A stretch of 64,000 nucleotides of DNA from Bilabrum cf. latius (taxonomy: Eukaryota), in NCBI GenBank assembly GCA_965178125.1, contig OZ237758.1:620001-684000 (forward strand). The letters are read 5' to 3'. Below the pieces are notes generated by a model, which was not told the origin of the DNA, did no database searches, and worked only from the letters and a program-made list of their open reading frames with translations. This document shows positions 62,440 through 64,000 of the stretch, one piece after another. The translations under genes were made by a program, and so were the position numbers. The stretch's first letter is position 1. Every line of letters starts with the position of its first letter.

Positions 62440-63831
62440 ATGGATGGGTCACAATCTCAACGATATCTCAGGGATGCCAAGGCTAAGATGCGGGCAGAGG
62501 AAGCGCAATTCGCGCAACGGCTGCGTCAAGGCCGCAAGCATCAGCTGTCTGTTGCAGCAGCTCGCATCTCGCAGATGAATGGTTGGGCGGAACAGCTCAA
62601 AGATGACCGAAGGTTTGATATGAAGGTCGAATCGAACGGCAGCGACTCTGACGACTCTGACTCCGGGCGCACCTACCGAGCGATTGAATCATCGACAGGC
62701 TAGCGGCCCATCCTAGCGATTGGGGCCCAGAGGGCCCATGTCATTATCAAGGCTCCCGATAGGCACCCCATCAAAATTAAGCTGGGTCCACAGTTTGACA
62801 AGGAATACATGGCGATGCGGGACGCCATAAGCAAGCTTGAGCAGCGAAGGCGAGCATCTGGTGGCTCTAAATCGAGCTAGCCGGGCGGTGTAATCCTGAT
62901 CGATGGGCTGCGACTGCCACGATCAACCTCCAAGCAAGACGATTCTGGCATTTCGAGCGAAACATCACCCCGTCTTGGACCAGGGTCTCACGATTACGGC
63001 CACGGTCAAAGTGCGGTTTCCGGCGGTGCCAGCAGCCGAAGCCCAGGCAGGGCAGGAGACGGAACCGGCGCTGCGGGCAGCAATGCAACGCAGGTCACGG
63101 AAGGCGGGGAACAACTGGGGAAGCAGGGAACCTTGCGTCAGATGAGGCACGTGCTAAGGGAGGTGGCGACTCTCACGCAGGTGCTTAGGGAGCAGGCCTC
63201 GGTGCTCCGATCGAGAGGCTGGAATGGTGCCTCACGAGGCGACCTTCAGGTGCAGCGGTAGCTGCCCTGGAGGCCACCATCCTCTGGGCATGGAGAGGGC
63301 AAGGCGGCAGGGGACGTGGGGGAAGGCGGAAGCAGGGCCAGTGCCAGTGGGGCTGTGGGTGGTGCTTGGAGTGGCAGCGACGGTGGTGGTACGGGTGAGG
63401 GCTGTGGGCCCTTGGGCTCTAGAACCGGGGGCGGGGCCGGGGGGACGCCCTGGACGGGGGGGAGGCGCGGACTGGGCCATTTTCCGGCCCAAGGTGCAGC
63501 ACAGGGCAGTGCGGAAGGGGGGAGGAGTGCTGACGAGAGCGAGGCAGGTAGCTAGGCGAGGTCGCTTCGCTCGAAGGCAAGTGCAGCGCACGGCAGTGCG
63601 GGCGGGCCCCCACCAGTAGGCATGGCTCGGCGCTTGCTGGTGGAGGCAGGCCACGAGATCGGATCACACCCTGATCCGCTACCGCAGGAGGTAGCAAAGG
63701 GTGCTGGTCTTCGGTCCGACGGTGAGGTGACGGCAGCTGTGGGGGGCTACAGGGCCACGCCGGAGCTCCTTGGCCAGATCCGGTCTACCCTGCGGTCGGC
63801 TGCGGAACAGTCCAGGGACGCTGAGCTGTGA
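62440..63831 (+). CDS. Hypothetical protein (~460 aa, N-terminal coiled coil, low complexity)
   Basis: One frame joins track ORFs 62248-62703, 63316-63555 and 63622-63831 through TAGs only. Ends at TGA. No family recognised. Confidence 0.55.
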
Positions 63832-64000
63832 GGCTTCCGGTGCATTGCATTGTACTGTGCTCTGCTGCAGCGGCACCGTCGCACGGTGATGGGCAGCTAC
63901 GTCCACGCGCAAGCGGTGCCATTTGGTCTGTTGTGATATTATCCTGCGTGATTCAGGAATAGAATGCGCGCATTGCTACAAAAACCAGAGCGTATCTCTC

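Noticed and set aside
1-64000. tRNA (including a suppressor tRNA-CUA), rRNA or eRF1 genes
   Set aside because: None was recognisable by eye in this window. The recoding machinery is presumably elsewhere in the genome.

Overview
This is a gene-dense, GC-rich eukaryotic nuclear region with GT-AG introns. It is very likely from a flagellated stramenopile, because it carries two tubular-mastigoneme (Sig/Ocm/Mas-type) genes. The main observation is a non-canonical genetic code: TAG is a sense codon, most likely Gln, while TAA and TGA remain stops. The supplied ORF track therefore fragments almost every gene. Read with TAG=Q, the fragments fuse into long single-frame ORFs: separase (~3170 aa, 15 in-frame TAGs), CFAP74 (~2120 aa), a ~2250-aa secreted fibrinogen-domain protein, an ELYS-like protein, DCAF11 and an OMA1-like M48 peptidase. 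TAG sits at Gln-type positions in conserved motifs and inside CAG (poly-Q) runs. Other genes are HSPBP1/Fes1, G-alpha, S-formylglutathione hydrolase, an RRM/RGG protein, MetAP, FAIM-like, FHA, RAD9 and three sulfatases, two of which are inverted near-identical paralogs. A tandem stack of four 5'-truncated RLE-type non-LTR retrotransposon copies is inserted at one (TC)n microsatellite just upstream of the S-formylglutathione hydrolase gene. All protein family calls come from motif recognition by eye, not from database searches, and exon boundaries are hand-inferred.
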